A program made the translations under genes and the position numbers. From positions 1 through 54,584 of the forward strand of contig JAUCBJ010006856.1 in NCBI GenBank assembly GCA_032718475.1: a stretch of DNA of 54,584 nt. The letters are read 5' to 3'. Source of the DNA: Nemertoderma westbladi (taxonomy: Eukaryota > Animalia > Xenacoelomorpha). Positions 47,501 through 54,279 of the stretch are shown one piece after another. The notes under the pieces were generated by a model. That model was given only the letters and a program-made list of their open reading frames with translations, did no database searches and was not told the origin of the DNA. Each line of letters begins with the position of its first letter. Within the stretch, counting starts at the first letter, position 1.

Positions 47501-50500
47501 AGTTTAATGGTAGACCCGGTCGGTCTGTAGAGGTAGGTTAATGGTAGACCCGGTCTGTCTGTAGAGGTAGGTTAATGGTAGACCCGGTCGGTCTGTAGAG
47601 GTAGGTTAATGGTAGACCCGGTCGGTCTGTAGAGGTAGGTTAATGGTAGACCCGGTCTGTCTGTAGAGGTAGGTTAATGGTAGACCCGGTCGGTCTGTAG
47701 AGGTATTAGGTTAATGGTAGACCCGGTCTGCCTGCAGGTAGAGGTAGTAGGTTAATAGTAGACCCGGTCCCTTGTAGGTAGAGGTAGGTTAATGGTAGAC
47801 CCGGTCCCTTGTAGGTAGAGGTAGGTTAATTAATGGTAGACCCGGTCGGTCTGTAGAGGTAGGTTAATGGTAGACCCGGTCTGTCTGTAGAGGTAGGTTA
47901 ATGCTAGACCCGGTCTGCATATGTAGAGTTACTAGGTTAATGGTAGACCCGGTCTGTCTGTAGAGGTAGGTTAATGGTAGACCCGGTCTGCATATGTAGA
48001 GGTACTAGGTTAATGGTAGACACGGTCTGCCTGTAGAGGTAGGTTAATGGTAGACCCGGTCTGCCTGTAGAGGTAGGTTAATGGTAGACCCGGTCTGTCT
48101 GTAGAGGTAGGTTAATGGTATTCCCGGTCTCTCTGTAGAGGTAGGTTAATGGTAGACCCGGTCTGCATATGTAGAGGTACTAGGTTAATGGTAGACAAGG
48201 TTTGCCTGTAGAGGTAGGTTAATGGTAGACCCGGTCTGTCTGTAGAGGTAGGTTAATGGTATACCCGGTCTGTCTGTAGAGGTAGGTTAATTGTAGACCC
48301 GGTCTGTCTGTAGAGGTAGGTTAATGGTATACCCGGTCTGTCTGTAGAGGTAGGTTAATGGTAGACCCGGTCTGCCTGTAGAGGTAGGTTAATGGTAGAC
48401 CCGGTCGGTCTGTAGAGGTAGGTTAATGGTAGACCCGGTCTGTCTGTAGAGGTAGGTTAATAGTAGACCCGGTCCCTTGTAGGTAGAGGTAGGTTAATGG
48501 TAGACCCGGTCTGTCTATAGAGGTAGGTTAATGGTAGACCCGGTCTGTCTGTAGAGGTAGGTTAATGGTAGACCCGGTCTGTCTGTAGAGGTAGGTTAAT
48601 GGTAGACCCGTTCTGTCTGTAGAGGTAGGTTAATGGTAGACCCGGTCTGTCTGTAGAGGTAGGTTAATGGTAGACCTCGTCTGCCTGCAGGTAGAGGTAG
48701 TAGGTTAATAGTAGACCCGTTCCCTTTTAGGTAGAGGTAGGTTAATGGTAGACCCGGTCCCTTGTAGGCAGAGGTAGGTTAATTAATGGTAGACCCGGTC
48801 GGTCTGTAGAGGTAGGTTAATGGTAGACCCGGTCTGCCTCTAGAGGTTTGTTAATAGTAGACCCGGTCCCTTGTAGGTAGAGGTAGGTTTATGGTAGACC
48901 CGGTCTGTCTGTAGAGGTAGGTTAATGTTAGACCCGGTCTCTCTGTAGAGGTAGGTTAATGGTAGACCCGGTCTCTCTGTAGAGGTAGGTTAATGGTAGA
49001 CCCGGTCTGTCTGTAGAGGTAGGTTAATGTTAGACCCGGTCTCTCTGTAGAGGTAGGTTAATGGTAGACCCGGTCGGTCTGTAGAGGTAGGTTAATGTTA
49101 GACCCGGTCTCTCTGTAGAGGTAGGTTAATGGTAGACCCGGTCTGCCTGTAGAGGTTTGTTAATAGTAGACCCGGTCCCTTGTAGGTAGAGGTAGGTTAA
49201 TGTTAGACCCGGTCTCTCTGTAGAGGTAGTTTAATGGTACACCCGGTCGGTCTGTAGAGGTAGGTTAATGGTAGACCCGGTCTGTCTGTAGAGGTAGGTT
49301 AATGGTAGACCCGGTCTGTCTGTAGAGGTAGGTTAATGTTAGACCCGGTCTCTCTGTAGAGGTAGGTTAATGGTAGACCCGGTCGGTCTGTAGAGGTAGG
49401 TTAATGTTAGACCCGGTCTCTCTGTAGAGGTAGGTTAATGGTAGACCCGGTCTGTCTGTAGAGGTAGGTTAATGGTAGACCCGGTCTGCATGTAGTGTAG
49501 AGGTAGGTTAATGGTAGACCCGGTCTGCCTGTAGAGGTTTGTTAATAGTAGACCCGGTCCCTTGTAGGTAGAGGTAGGTTAATGGTAGACCCGGTCTGTC
49601 TGTAGAGGTAGGTTAATGGTTGACCCGGTCTGTCTGTAGAGGTAGGTTAATGGTAGACCCGGTCTGTCTGTAGAGTAGAGCTAATTGTACCTCATTTATT
49701 ATTTTATTTTTATTATTATTTTATTATTAGTAATTAATATGGAATTATTTTAGGCTAAAGCTACTTGCGCCCAGCTGTATTCAGCTTATGAGATCTTTGT
49801 TCCTTATAAAATTGGGTACAACACCGTTCCTCAGACCAGCTGCCCTTCTGGATTTGTTGTCATGTCGTGTTCTGTTCTTACCGAGTAAGTACTAAGTATA
49901 ATATTCTAAATAATTATAAGAAGGAAAGTGCTGTCATTATTTGCCGCTGCTTTCGTAAATTTGTTCTCCAAAAAACTGTTTCAAACGCACCTCCGCCATC
50001 AAGTTCATACACCTCTAGGTGATTAGGTGATGCTCATGATGAACTCATCAAATAGTAGTAAACATGAGGTCATACCAGATCTACTACTCTAGCGTAGCCG
50101 TGGACGACCGTGACGACCATACTGGGCTTGGGAAAAACGAAAGTACGGCATCTATATATAGTATCGGGAAGCCTGGAAGGATCTCATTTCCACTGTCCGA
50201 CAGTCCTAGTCCACTGTCATAATAGTACAGTATTCAACCCCATAACCCGAAGGCGCCAAAGCGACAACGATTTTAATAAAACTTATTCTTCTGATATCAC
50301 ATATGATCACAATGATGATGATGGACGAGACCATATTATGATGCGAAGAGCTTAATGATTAGATGTCGCACAACTCTTGTTCAACTCTAGTAGATCACTT
50401 GAACGGGAAGTTGGACTTCTTAAAATTTGCCCTAAACTCTTTCCTAATTAGTCTTAATTACCTAGAGGGGGATTTGATGGAGTTGAACTTTGGTGCGTCT

Positions 50501-50974
50501 TTCCATGTACTCCGTTTGGAAGCCGTACGGGTTTGAGCTGTTTTCTGGCGAGCGAACCTACCAAGGCATCGCTGACACGCTTCTTTTTCGATTTTGTTGT
50601 TGACTTTACGATCTGAAACTGGAAAGCCGTAGAAATTCTTCGTTATTCGCACACTGCCGCCCCACTTCCTACCTCTCGATAGGTACCCCTCTTCATACCG
50701 CCTCACTCCCTACATATAGTATAGCAACCGATACACCTTAATTTCCATCCACAGGGAGGTCGATATTGAGGCTGAAGGTCGGGGTATTATTGACGGCGAC
50801 ACGTGCAAGTTCCACGCGGAATCGTGTCACGGACAGTGCAGCGTGTCCGCGGTGTGTCTGAGGATCGCTGATGATACAGAAGTCGCGATGACGGATCTGG
50901 GCGAAGCTAGTTTCGAAGATAAATCGCGAATGTTTGCGCCCAACGTCAATCCTACCACTATTCGAGGTCAGTAG
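4294..50974 (+). CDS. 21-exon gene for a secreted mosaic protein (16 ShKT-like, 2 LU-like, 2 F5/8C-like, 2 resistin/PCSK9-C-like modules), ~1,590-1,600 aa
   Basis: join(4294..4354,5445..7022,8448..8555,9514..9654,10304..10495,10687..10811,11792..12003,13857..13989,14244..14460,14752..14906,16926..17114,17629..17788,18032..18200,18749..18893,25189..25381 or 25423,40856..41044,41229..41338,42895..43054,43214..43389,49754..49884,50755..50966 or 50974). All introns are GT-AG, phases match, there are no internal stops, and domains split by introns rejoin correctly. The 3' end is uncertain. Confidence 0.85.
4343..5120 (+). repeat. 30-bp minisatellite GTCTGGGAGCAG|GTTAGTGTGTCACAACGA
   Basis: About 20 well-conserved units to ~4952, then ~5 degenerate ones; the first unit overlaps the end of exon 1. 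A variant unit (GTATTAGGCCTAC) recurs 246 bp apart. Confidence 0.95.
5445..7022 (+). CDS. Exon 2: ten complete ShKT-like repeats plus start of the 11th, with [10 protein letters not shown] linkers
   Basis: ORF 5426..7027; acceptor TTTTAG at 5444, donor GTTAGT at 7023; repeat D-x4-C-xx-WA-xx-G-x-C-xx-N-xxx-MW-xx-C-xx-SC every ~50 aa. Confidence 0.93.
7208..7333. repeat. Imperfect palindromic element
   Basis: TATTACTTGGGAAAAAGTATAACTT ... AAGTTATACGTTTTTTTCTCATGTAATA, with central CGAGCGCAAGCGAG. Confidence 0.6.
7529..7670. repeat. ~140-bp palindromic element
   Basis: Arms TACATACTTG...CTTTAC...GATCC...GTGGCTTT / AAAGCCAC...GGATC...GTAAAG...CAAGTATGTA. Confidence 0.7.
7676..8154. mobile_element. 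MITE-like element with ~25-bp inverted ends and an internal 91-bp hairpin (7931..8021)
   Basis: TTTTATTCCAAAATTTTAACATTAC vs GTAATGTTACAATTTTGGAATAAAA; internal TATTGTTTACGTGGTA...TACCACGTAAACAATA. Confidence 0.6.
8448..8555 (+). CDS. Exon 3: completes ShKT-like repeat 11
   Basis: TTTAG|..|GTAAG; [36 protein letters not shown] continues DKLDSCQ from exon 2. Confidence 0.9.
9514..9654 (+). CDS. Exon 4: ShKT-like repeat 12
   Basis: CTTAG|..|GTATGA; [33 protein letters not shown]... Confidence 0.9.
10304..10495 (+). CDS. Exon 5: ShKT-like repeat 13 and Thr-rich linker
   Basis: GGCAG|..|GTAGGT; [31 protein letters not shown]...[13 protein letters not shown]. Confidence 0.9.
10687..10811 (+). 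CDS. Exon 6: N-half of Ly6/uPAR-like Cys module 1
   Basis: TGCAG|..|GTAAGT; [42 protein letters not shown]. Confidence 0.88.
11792..12003 (+). CDS. Exon 7: C-half of LU-like module 1
   Basis: TTCAG|..|GTATAA; [30 protein letters not shown]...CTNC...CIK. Confidence 0.88.
13857..13989 (+). CDS. Exon 8: N-half of LU-like module 2
   Basis: CCCAG|..|GTAGGC; [44 protein letters not shown], paralogous to exon 6. Confidence 0.88.
14244..14460 (+). CDS. Exon 9: C-half of LU-like module 2
   Basis: CGCAG|..|GTAAGT; [30 protein letters not shown]...CRQC...CKVN, paralogous to exon 7. Confidence 0.88.
14752..14906 (+). CDS. Exon 10: start of F5/8 type C-like domain 1
   Basis: CCCAG|..|GTGGGT; [20 protein letters not shown]...GWPAY...[11 protein letters not shown]. 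Confidence 0.85.
15165..15721. repeat. 31-bp minisatellite GTTCCGGGGATATGGAACTTTTAATAACACC (~18 copies)
   Basis: Direct reading; period 31; lies in intron 10. Confidence 0.95.
16926..17114 (+). CDS. Exon 11: middle of F5/8C-like domain 1
   Basis: TTCAG|..|GTGAGA; VFGVLSW...[18 protein letters not shown]...ENWK. Confidence 0.85.
17629..17788 (+). CDS. Exon 12: end of F5/8C-like domain 1
   Basis: TATAG|..|GTAAGA; IFDG...[14 protein letters not shown]...MSFAIFGC matches the discoidin F-x-PPI-x-ARYIR...EL-x-GC pattern. Confidence 0.88.
18032..18200 (+). CDS. Exon 13: start of divergent F5/8C-like domain 2
   Basis: TCTAG|..|GTTAGT; [12 protein letters not shown]...[16 protein letters not shown]; phases 1 to 2 fit the neighbours. 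Confidence 0.8.
18749..18893 (+). CDS. Exon 14: middle of F5/8C-like domain 2
   Basis: TCTAG|..|GTAAGT; [24 protein letters not shown]...GIIDPL. Confidence 0.8.
20482..21681. mobile_element. Non-autonomous hAT-type DNA transposon, 1,200 bp
   Basis: TIR TAGGG(G/A)TGTGCCGGAT; exact 8-bp TSD GTTGAAGC (20474..20481, 21682..21689); subterminal CCGG-rich repeats; no transposase ORF. Confidence 0.9.
22035..22443. mobile_element. Second, truncated copy of the same hAT family in opposite orientation
   Basis: Starts TAGGGATGTGCCGGATTGA; internal blocks are reverse complements of parts of 20845..21175 (e.g. ACATCAACGCTTGCGCGCTGGGAC vs GTCCCAGCGTGCAAGTGTTGATGT); no second TIR. Confidence 0.8.
22620..23294. 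mobile_element. Long inverted-repeat element (MITE-like; exact ends undefined)
   Basis: TGTAGTTGCCAAGGTAACCGGGTGC (22620) is the exact reverse complement of 23270..23294; imperfect arms continue ~160 bp inward. Confidence 0.7.
23361..25184 (+). repeat. 32-bp minisatellite CCTACTGTTATTTGCCTCTATCAGCCACCATA (~38 copies), interrupted by a MITE
   Basis: Array 23361..24491 resumes at 25073..25184 and abuts the exon 15 acceptor. Confidence 0.95.
24492..25072. mobile_element. 581-bp non-autonomous TIR element with 8-bp TSD (GG termini; Merlin- or MULE-like, unassigned)
   Basis: TIR GGTACTTTTGCACTTTAG(G/T)TCCCCACC; TSD GTTATTTG at 24484..24491 and 25073..25080. Confidence 0.88.
25189..25423 (+). CDS. 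Exon 15: end of F5/8C-like domain 2 and Thr linker (alternative end at 25381)
   Basis: TTTAG acceptor; [22 protein letters not shown]...SLGVRGCDC...; two phase-1 donors, G|GTGGCG (25381) and AAG|GTGAGT (25423). Confidence 0.82.
25397..25800 (+). repeat. ~28-bp G-rich minisatellite, left block (~14 units)
   Basis: Unit GGGGGCTGTCAAAG|GTGAGTGGGGGCTA; starts at the end of exon 15. Confidence 0.93.
26187..27891 (-). mobile_element. 1,705-bp internally deleted BEL/Pao LTR retrotransposon
   Basis: Two 333-bp LTRs (26187..26519, 27559..27891; one mismatch seen by eye); 5-bp TSD CTGTA (26182..26186, 27892..27896); PBS TGGCGCCCGA next to the 5' LTR; PPT AGAAAAGAGGGCGG (26520..26533). Confidence 0.95.
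26857..27513 (-). CDS. 218-aa fusion of BEL Gag N-terminus to the integrase C-terminal (DUF5641-like) region
   Basis: [20 protein letters not shown]... joined in frame to [14 protein letters not shown]...VGDVC...[27 protein letters not shown]...[10 protein letters not shown]. Confidence 0.8.
   Translation of the reverse strand: MDTTQLQAKRRGVRAAATKVYNTINGQDYTKLDEVASKAHINTLERYRDLFVRSFCKTKSNLINRTRYQEIASNFFWRSWREDYLRDLRDRHKVNNRSATSPLLPSVGDVCFLYDPKLPRCLWKLCQVIELVKSRDGHIRSAKIKIANRKKEATQLHRSIRHLIPLEIPNPDLDQSAFNKVQSQASEKVKDNYSNPNRKISRFPRSTKINLHDGFYKI
30415..31294 (-). repeat. Putative 880-bp 3' LTR
   Basis: Inverted termini TGTTC/GAACA, adjacent PPT-like tract, non-coding; no partner LTR in the window to confirm it. 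Confidence 0.6.
31693..33645 (-). CDS. 650-aa protein of unknown function in the env-like position of the BEL/Pao element
   Basis: Uninterrupted, non-repetitive ATG-started ORF; CxxC-x9-HxH-x4-CxxH motif, Pro-rich segment, Glu/Gln-rich helical segment; no signal peptide or clear TM helix. Confidence 0.75.
   Translation of the reverse strand: MTELIEDDLGIRERYTLPLQAFVDSLIRGEADPTITEDDGRYIEPPMSQEQLTREADYRKFTARYTNRNGTYMDFLTTGHPTDLHDTDDVDTEREMVLFQYHTQRNRNDKPRIEHENSIRNLLDRENVEEPDKRINFNDYVEFLRETYLNIASQQNLETRYPQGIHHDPMVELKRLYFTMMYLTADRPLPVVPDSFEQMEEYCKTGERSPAFPLQDVRLWYYCDSCPRPNQQTERHKHPRRRCAKHSFTRYTYGSFERNLFDVSPAIARLKRSLNKPMIRVPEYSVRPPHFPVRPQTLDPNSITDPPELYSLFKDLVLPEQLIGGAPAVGSLDIRPSYLTGLGRGHLISPFNPYNRPGLTPIQPATEVEESVIRNALDAIRQKIGKGTQDFLEKRKLQQQVQSVKELALPQFDREIQNLEEDIELGRTYSLQEFLEERLQKQAEENQLEERHTEMDEREEAALAQPETQILITDLYSKTVRHPSMVPHFGDKLFAKIQPQPVDISIRSQNLIADAPMLQRPPIEAARVDGILVEPPDNRADLVRRMVHEVNIRARPLQNSFYRIKDHPYYVNLTQYYMVKPDIPIAIPYLLMQSYCTLHPGVIALLVKWLAPKRKGLLLALKSCVNAVRARKTNCLEYFYILETVILYIL
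35263..37545 (-). CDS. BEL/Pao Gag (DUF1759-like, Cys/His zinc knuckles) plus aspartic protease, lacking RT/RNase H/integrase cores; 5' truncated
   Basis: FNGDEMKW...[12 protein letters not shown]; CALCDGPH...[10 protein letters not shown]...[14 protein letters not shown]; ALLDSGS; RTRVGW; then directly [17 protein letters not shown]...WLGGP. Confidence 0.9.
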   Translation of the reverse strand: MGEIVKFNGDEMKWLPFNEYYKDSIQNSVLSNGEKLRFLIKCLEGPPKLMALKFIGHPDGLRQVWDTLNIRYGNKDNIAKYLYTKLVAPRHFLSSGIIEFSDEIQEICRQLDWLGKSHEYQSSMVIGAVVSTLPKGGVCTRWDKKVLYMNEQQRRSPTMADLMSFLDSEVKLQLIRQSREKTSENKVSEKPVSRRRIIPVCYTDDGESQASQEEDSGKDTERSYYDNKTYKDVSKYKSRTSDRREQVTTTPPTSPKRIHGRKPEERTRVQNVNQVKVSNIKPKCALCDGPHRLSACAEFLKKSMADRRGVLWDKRLCYNCLRRGHQRRTCYSDARCAKCGAKHHSLLHTEFERNSPSQVSEPKSHVQFSDVNDTDQSSEWEGFYTDEFSDANESCYLINTAVYRALTYEKDTTNEFPPTTFDKPPSWKTPTSNVGIREFPVVQVRVHGPNKSYIVNALLDSGSTGTFIDQELAEDIFAGQPKFQTKLNMSGIMQVWKSTITADYYVGALSTPQDKLGAQSIRSVKMVAIKNFATTQADLYNWDEDECIQHLEIPRFQTDYPGVQILIGQNAHEALEPLEKRPAQPQPLQTYAVRTRVGWYFTGPSRRTLKERLPQQQVYQVKEWEVESSEVDELTEGTPYSSDNDDINSNVDQWRHCLGTINPADIASRGATPQERIDTPGWLGGPDSLSKEEDEWPPHLTTAEIRQVKGAAEVTRQPNRPAGRLGLLERDRKLSGNHGRQDTLPTTTSLIRQRSRDSIT
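37546..40720 (+). repeat. ~28-bp G-rich minisatellite, right block (~110 units) with higher-order duplications
   Basis: Same unit as 25397..25800; near-identical blocks 1,055 bp apart (38724..38945 vs 39779..40000); degenerates toward 40720. Confidence 0.95.
40856..41044 (+). CDS. Exon 16: ShKT-like repeat 14 and start of 15
   Basis: TTCAG|..|GTTAGT; [31 protein letters not shown]...[16 protein letters not shown]. Confidence 0.9.
41229..41338 (+). CDS. Exon 17: end of ShKT-like 15, start of 16
   Basis: TTCAG|..|GTTTGT; [16 protein letters not shown]...[12 protein letters not shown]. Confidence 0.85.
41358..41828. repeat. 10-bp tandem repeat TACATCGACG (~47 copies)
   Basis: Direct reading; begins ~20 bp after the exon 17 donor. 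Confidence 0.97.
42895..43054 (+). CDS. Exon 18: end of ShKT-like 16 and Pro-rich linker
   Basis: TCCAG|..|GTTAGA; [22 protein letters not shown]... Confidence 0.88.
43214..43389 (+). CDS. Exon 19: resistin/PCSK9-C-terminal-like module 1
   Basis: TTTAG|..|GTAGGT; [27 protein letters not shown]...[12 protein letters not shown]. Confidence 0.85.
43362..49675 (+). repeat. 34-bp satellite GGTAGACCCGGTCTGCCTGTAGAG|GTAGGTTAAT (~185 copies)
   Basis: The first unit is the last 8 codons of exon 19 plus its donor; the array fills almost all of intron 19. Confidence 0.97.
49754..49884 (+). CDS. Exon 20: end of module 1 (AKATC), start of module 2
   Basis: TTTAG|..|GTAAGT; AKATCAQLY...[17 protein letters not shown]. 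Confidence 0.85.
50755..50974 (+). CDS. Exon 21: end of resistin/PCSK9-C-like module 2 (ends at donor 50966 or stop 50974)
   Basis: CACAG acceptor, phase 2; [37 protein letters not shown]...PTTIR, then G|GTCAGT or GGT CAG TAG. Confidence 0.8.
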
Positions 50975-51267
50975 AACCTACATCCTACATACAACAGGTC
51001 GAACAGATTGACTGCCAACTACCAACAGATCAACTGTCCGTTTGACTGTAAAACTGAATTTTATGTGTAAAGTAGGATTTATCTGATGTAAAAAGGTTGC
51101 GCCGGCTATAAATATAAAAGTTATCGGCATCTGTTTGATAAGTACAGTGTGGGAGAGAGGTTAAGGAATTGTCCTCCAAGTCACATAATCTTTCTAGTTC
51201 AATCTTCGTATGCAATTTTAAATTAATCGGTGCCCCTAAACGGACATGTTGAAGAAAAAGTAATTAT

Positions 51268-54200
51268 CTAACTCATGTGCACGTCTTACTAACTCATGTG
51301 CACGTCTTACTAACTCATGTGCACGTCTTACTAACTCATGTGCACGTCTTACTAACTCATGTGCACGTCTTACTAACTCATGTGCACGTCTTACTAACCA
51401 TGTGCACGTCTTACTAACTCAAGTGCACGTCTTACTAACTCATGTGCACGTCTTACTAACTCATGTGCACGTCTTACTAACTCATGTGCACGTCTTACTA
51501 ACTCAAGTGCACGTCTTACTAACTCATGTGCACGTCTTACTAACTCATGTGCACGTCTTACTAACTCATGTGCACGTCTTACTAACTCATGTGCACGTCT
51601 TACTAACTCATGTGCACGTCTTACTAACTCATGTGCACGTCTTACTAACTCATGTGCACGTCTTACTAACTCATGTGCACGTCTTACTAATTAATGTGCA
51701 CGTCTTACTAACTCATGTGCTGTGCACGTCTTGCTAACTCATGTGTACGTCTTACTAACTCATGTGCACGTCTTACTAACTCATGTGCACGTCTTACTAA
51801 CTCATGTGCACGTCTTACTAACTCACGTGCACGTCTTACTAACTCATGTGCACGTCTTACTAACTCATGTGCACGTCTTACTAACTCAAGTGCACGTCTT
51901 ACTAACTCAGGTGCACGTCTTACTAACCATGTGCACGTCTTACTAACTCATGTGCACGTCTTACTAACTCATGTGCACGTCTTACTAACTCATGTGTACG
52001 TCTTACTAACTCATGTGTACGTCTTACTAACTCATGTGTACGTCTTACTAACCATGTGCACGTCTTACTAACTCATGTGCACGTCTTACTAACTCATGTG
52101 CACGTCTTACTAACTCATGTGGACGTCTTACTAACTCATGTGCACGTCTTACTAACTCATGTGCACGTCTTACTAACTCATGTGCACGTCTTACTAACTC
52201 ATGTGCACGTCTTACTAACTCATGTGCACGTCTTACTAACCATGTGCACGTCTTACTAACTCATGTGCACGTCTTACTAACTCATGTGCACGTCTTACTA
52301 ACTCATGTGCACGTCTTACTAACTCATGTGCACGTCTTACTAACTCATGTGCACGTCTTACTAACTCATGTGCACGTCTTACTAACTCATGTGCACGTCT
52401 TACTAACTCATGTGCACGTCTTACTAACTCATGTGCACGTCTTACTAACTCATGTGCACGTCTTACTAACTCATGTGCACGTCTTACTAACTCATGTGCA
52501 CGTCTTACTAACTCATGTGCACGTCTTACTAACTCATGTGCACGTCTTACTAACTCATGTGCACGTCTTACTAACTCATGTGCACGTCTTACTAATTCAT
52601 GTGCACGTCTTACTAACTCATGTGCACGTCTTACTAACTCACGTGCACGTCTTACTAACTCATGTGCACGTCTTACTAACTCATGTGCACGTCTTACTAA
52701 CTCATGAGCACGTCTTACTAACTCATGTGCACGTCTTACTAATTAATGTGCACGTCTTACTAACTCATGTGCACGTCTTACTAATTAATGTGCACGTCTT
52801 ACTAACTCATGTGCACGTCTTACTAACTCATGTGCACGTCTTACTAACTCATGAGCACGTCTTACTAACTCATGTGCACGTCTTACTAATTAATGTGCAC
52901 GTCTTACTAATTAATGTGCACGTCTTACTAACTCATGTGCACGTCTTACTAATTCATGTGCACGTCTTACTAACTCATGTGCACGTCTTACTAACTCATG
53001 TGCACGTCTTACTAACTCATGAGCACGTCTTACTAACTCATGAGCACGTCTTACTAACTCATGTGCACGTCTTACTAACTCATGTGCACGTCTTACTAAC
53101 TCATGTGCACGTCTTACTAACTCAAGTGCACGTCTTACTAACTCATGTGCACGTCTTACTAACTCATGAGCACGTCTTACTAATTAATGTGCACGTCTTA
53201 CTAACTCATGTGCACGTCTTACTAACTCATGTGCACGTCTTACTAACTCATGTGCACGTCTTACTAACTCATGTGCACGTCTTACTAACTCATGAGCACG
53301 TCTTACTAACTCATGTGCACGTCTTACTAATTAATGTGCACGTCTTACTAACTCATGTGCACGTCTTACTAATTAATGTGCACGTCTTACTAACTCATGT
53401 GCACGTCTTACTAACTCATGTGCACGTCTTACTAACTCATGAGCACGTCTTACTAACTCATGTGCACGTCTTACTAATTAATGTGCACGTCTTACTAATT
53501 AATGTGCACGTCTTACTAACTCATGTGCACGTCTTACTAATTAATGTGCACGTCTTACTAACTCATGTGCACGTCTTACTAACTCATGTGCACGTCTTAC
53601 TAACTCATGTGCACGTCTTACTAACTCATGTGCACGTCTCTTACTAACTCATGTGCACGTCTTACTAATTCATGTGCACGTCTTACTAACTCATGTGCAC
53701 GTCTTACTAATTCATGTGCACGTCTTACTAACTCATGTGCACGTCTTACTAATTCATGTGCACGTCTTACTAACTCATGTGCACGTCTTACTAACTCATG
53801 TGCACGTCTTACTAATTCATGTGCACGTCTTACTAACTCATGTGCACGTCTTACTAACTCATGTGCACGTCTTACTAACTCATGTGCACGTCTTACTAAC
53901 TCATGTGCACGTCTTACTAATTCATGTGCACGTCTTACTAACTCATGTGCACGTCTTACTAACTCATGTGCACGTCTTACTAACTCATGTGCACGTCTTA
54001 CTAACTCATGTGCACGTCTTACTAACTCATGTGCACGTCTTACTAATTAATGTGCACGTCTTACTAACTCATGAGCACGTCTTACTAACTCATGTGCACG
54101 TCTTACTAATTAATGTGCACGTCTTACTAACTCATGTGCACGTCTTACTAACTCATGTGTACGTCTTACTAACTCATGTGCACGTCTTACTAACTCATGT

Positions 54201-54279
54201 GCACCTAATTCATGTGCACGTCTTACTAACTCATGTGCACGTCTTACTAACTCATGTGCACGTCTTCCTAACTCATGCG
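51268..54279 (+). repeat. 21-bp satellite CTAACTCATGTGCACGTCTTA (~143 copies)
   Basis: Direct reading; adjacent units form TACTAAC at nearly every junction. Confidence 0.97.

Noticed and set aside
50458-50706. 82-aa minus-strand ORF with FYGFP resembling a THAP motif
   Set aside because: Lacks the THAP C2CH ligands and conserved Trp spacing; short and intronic.
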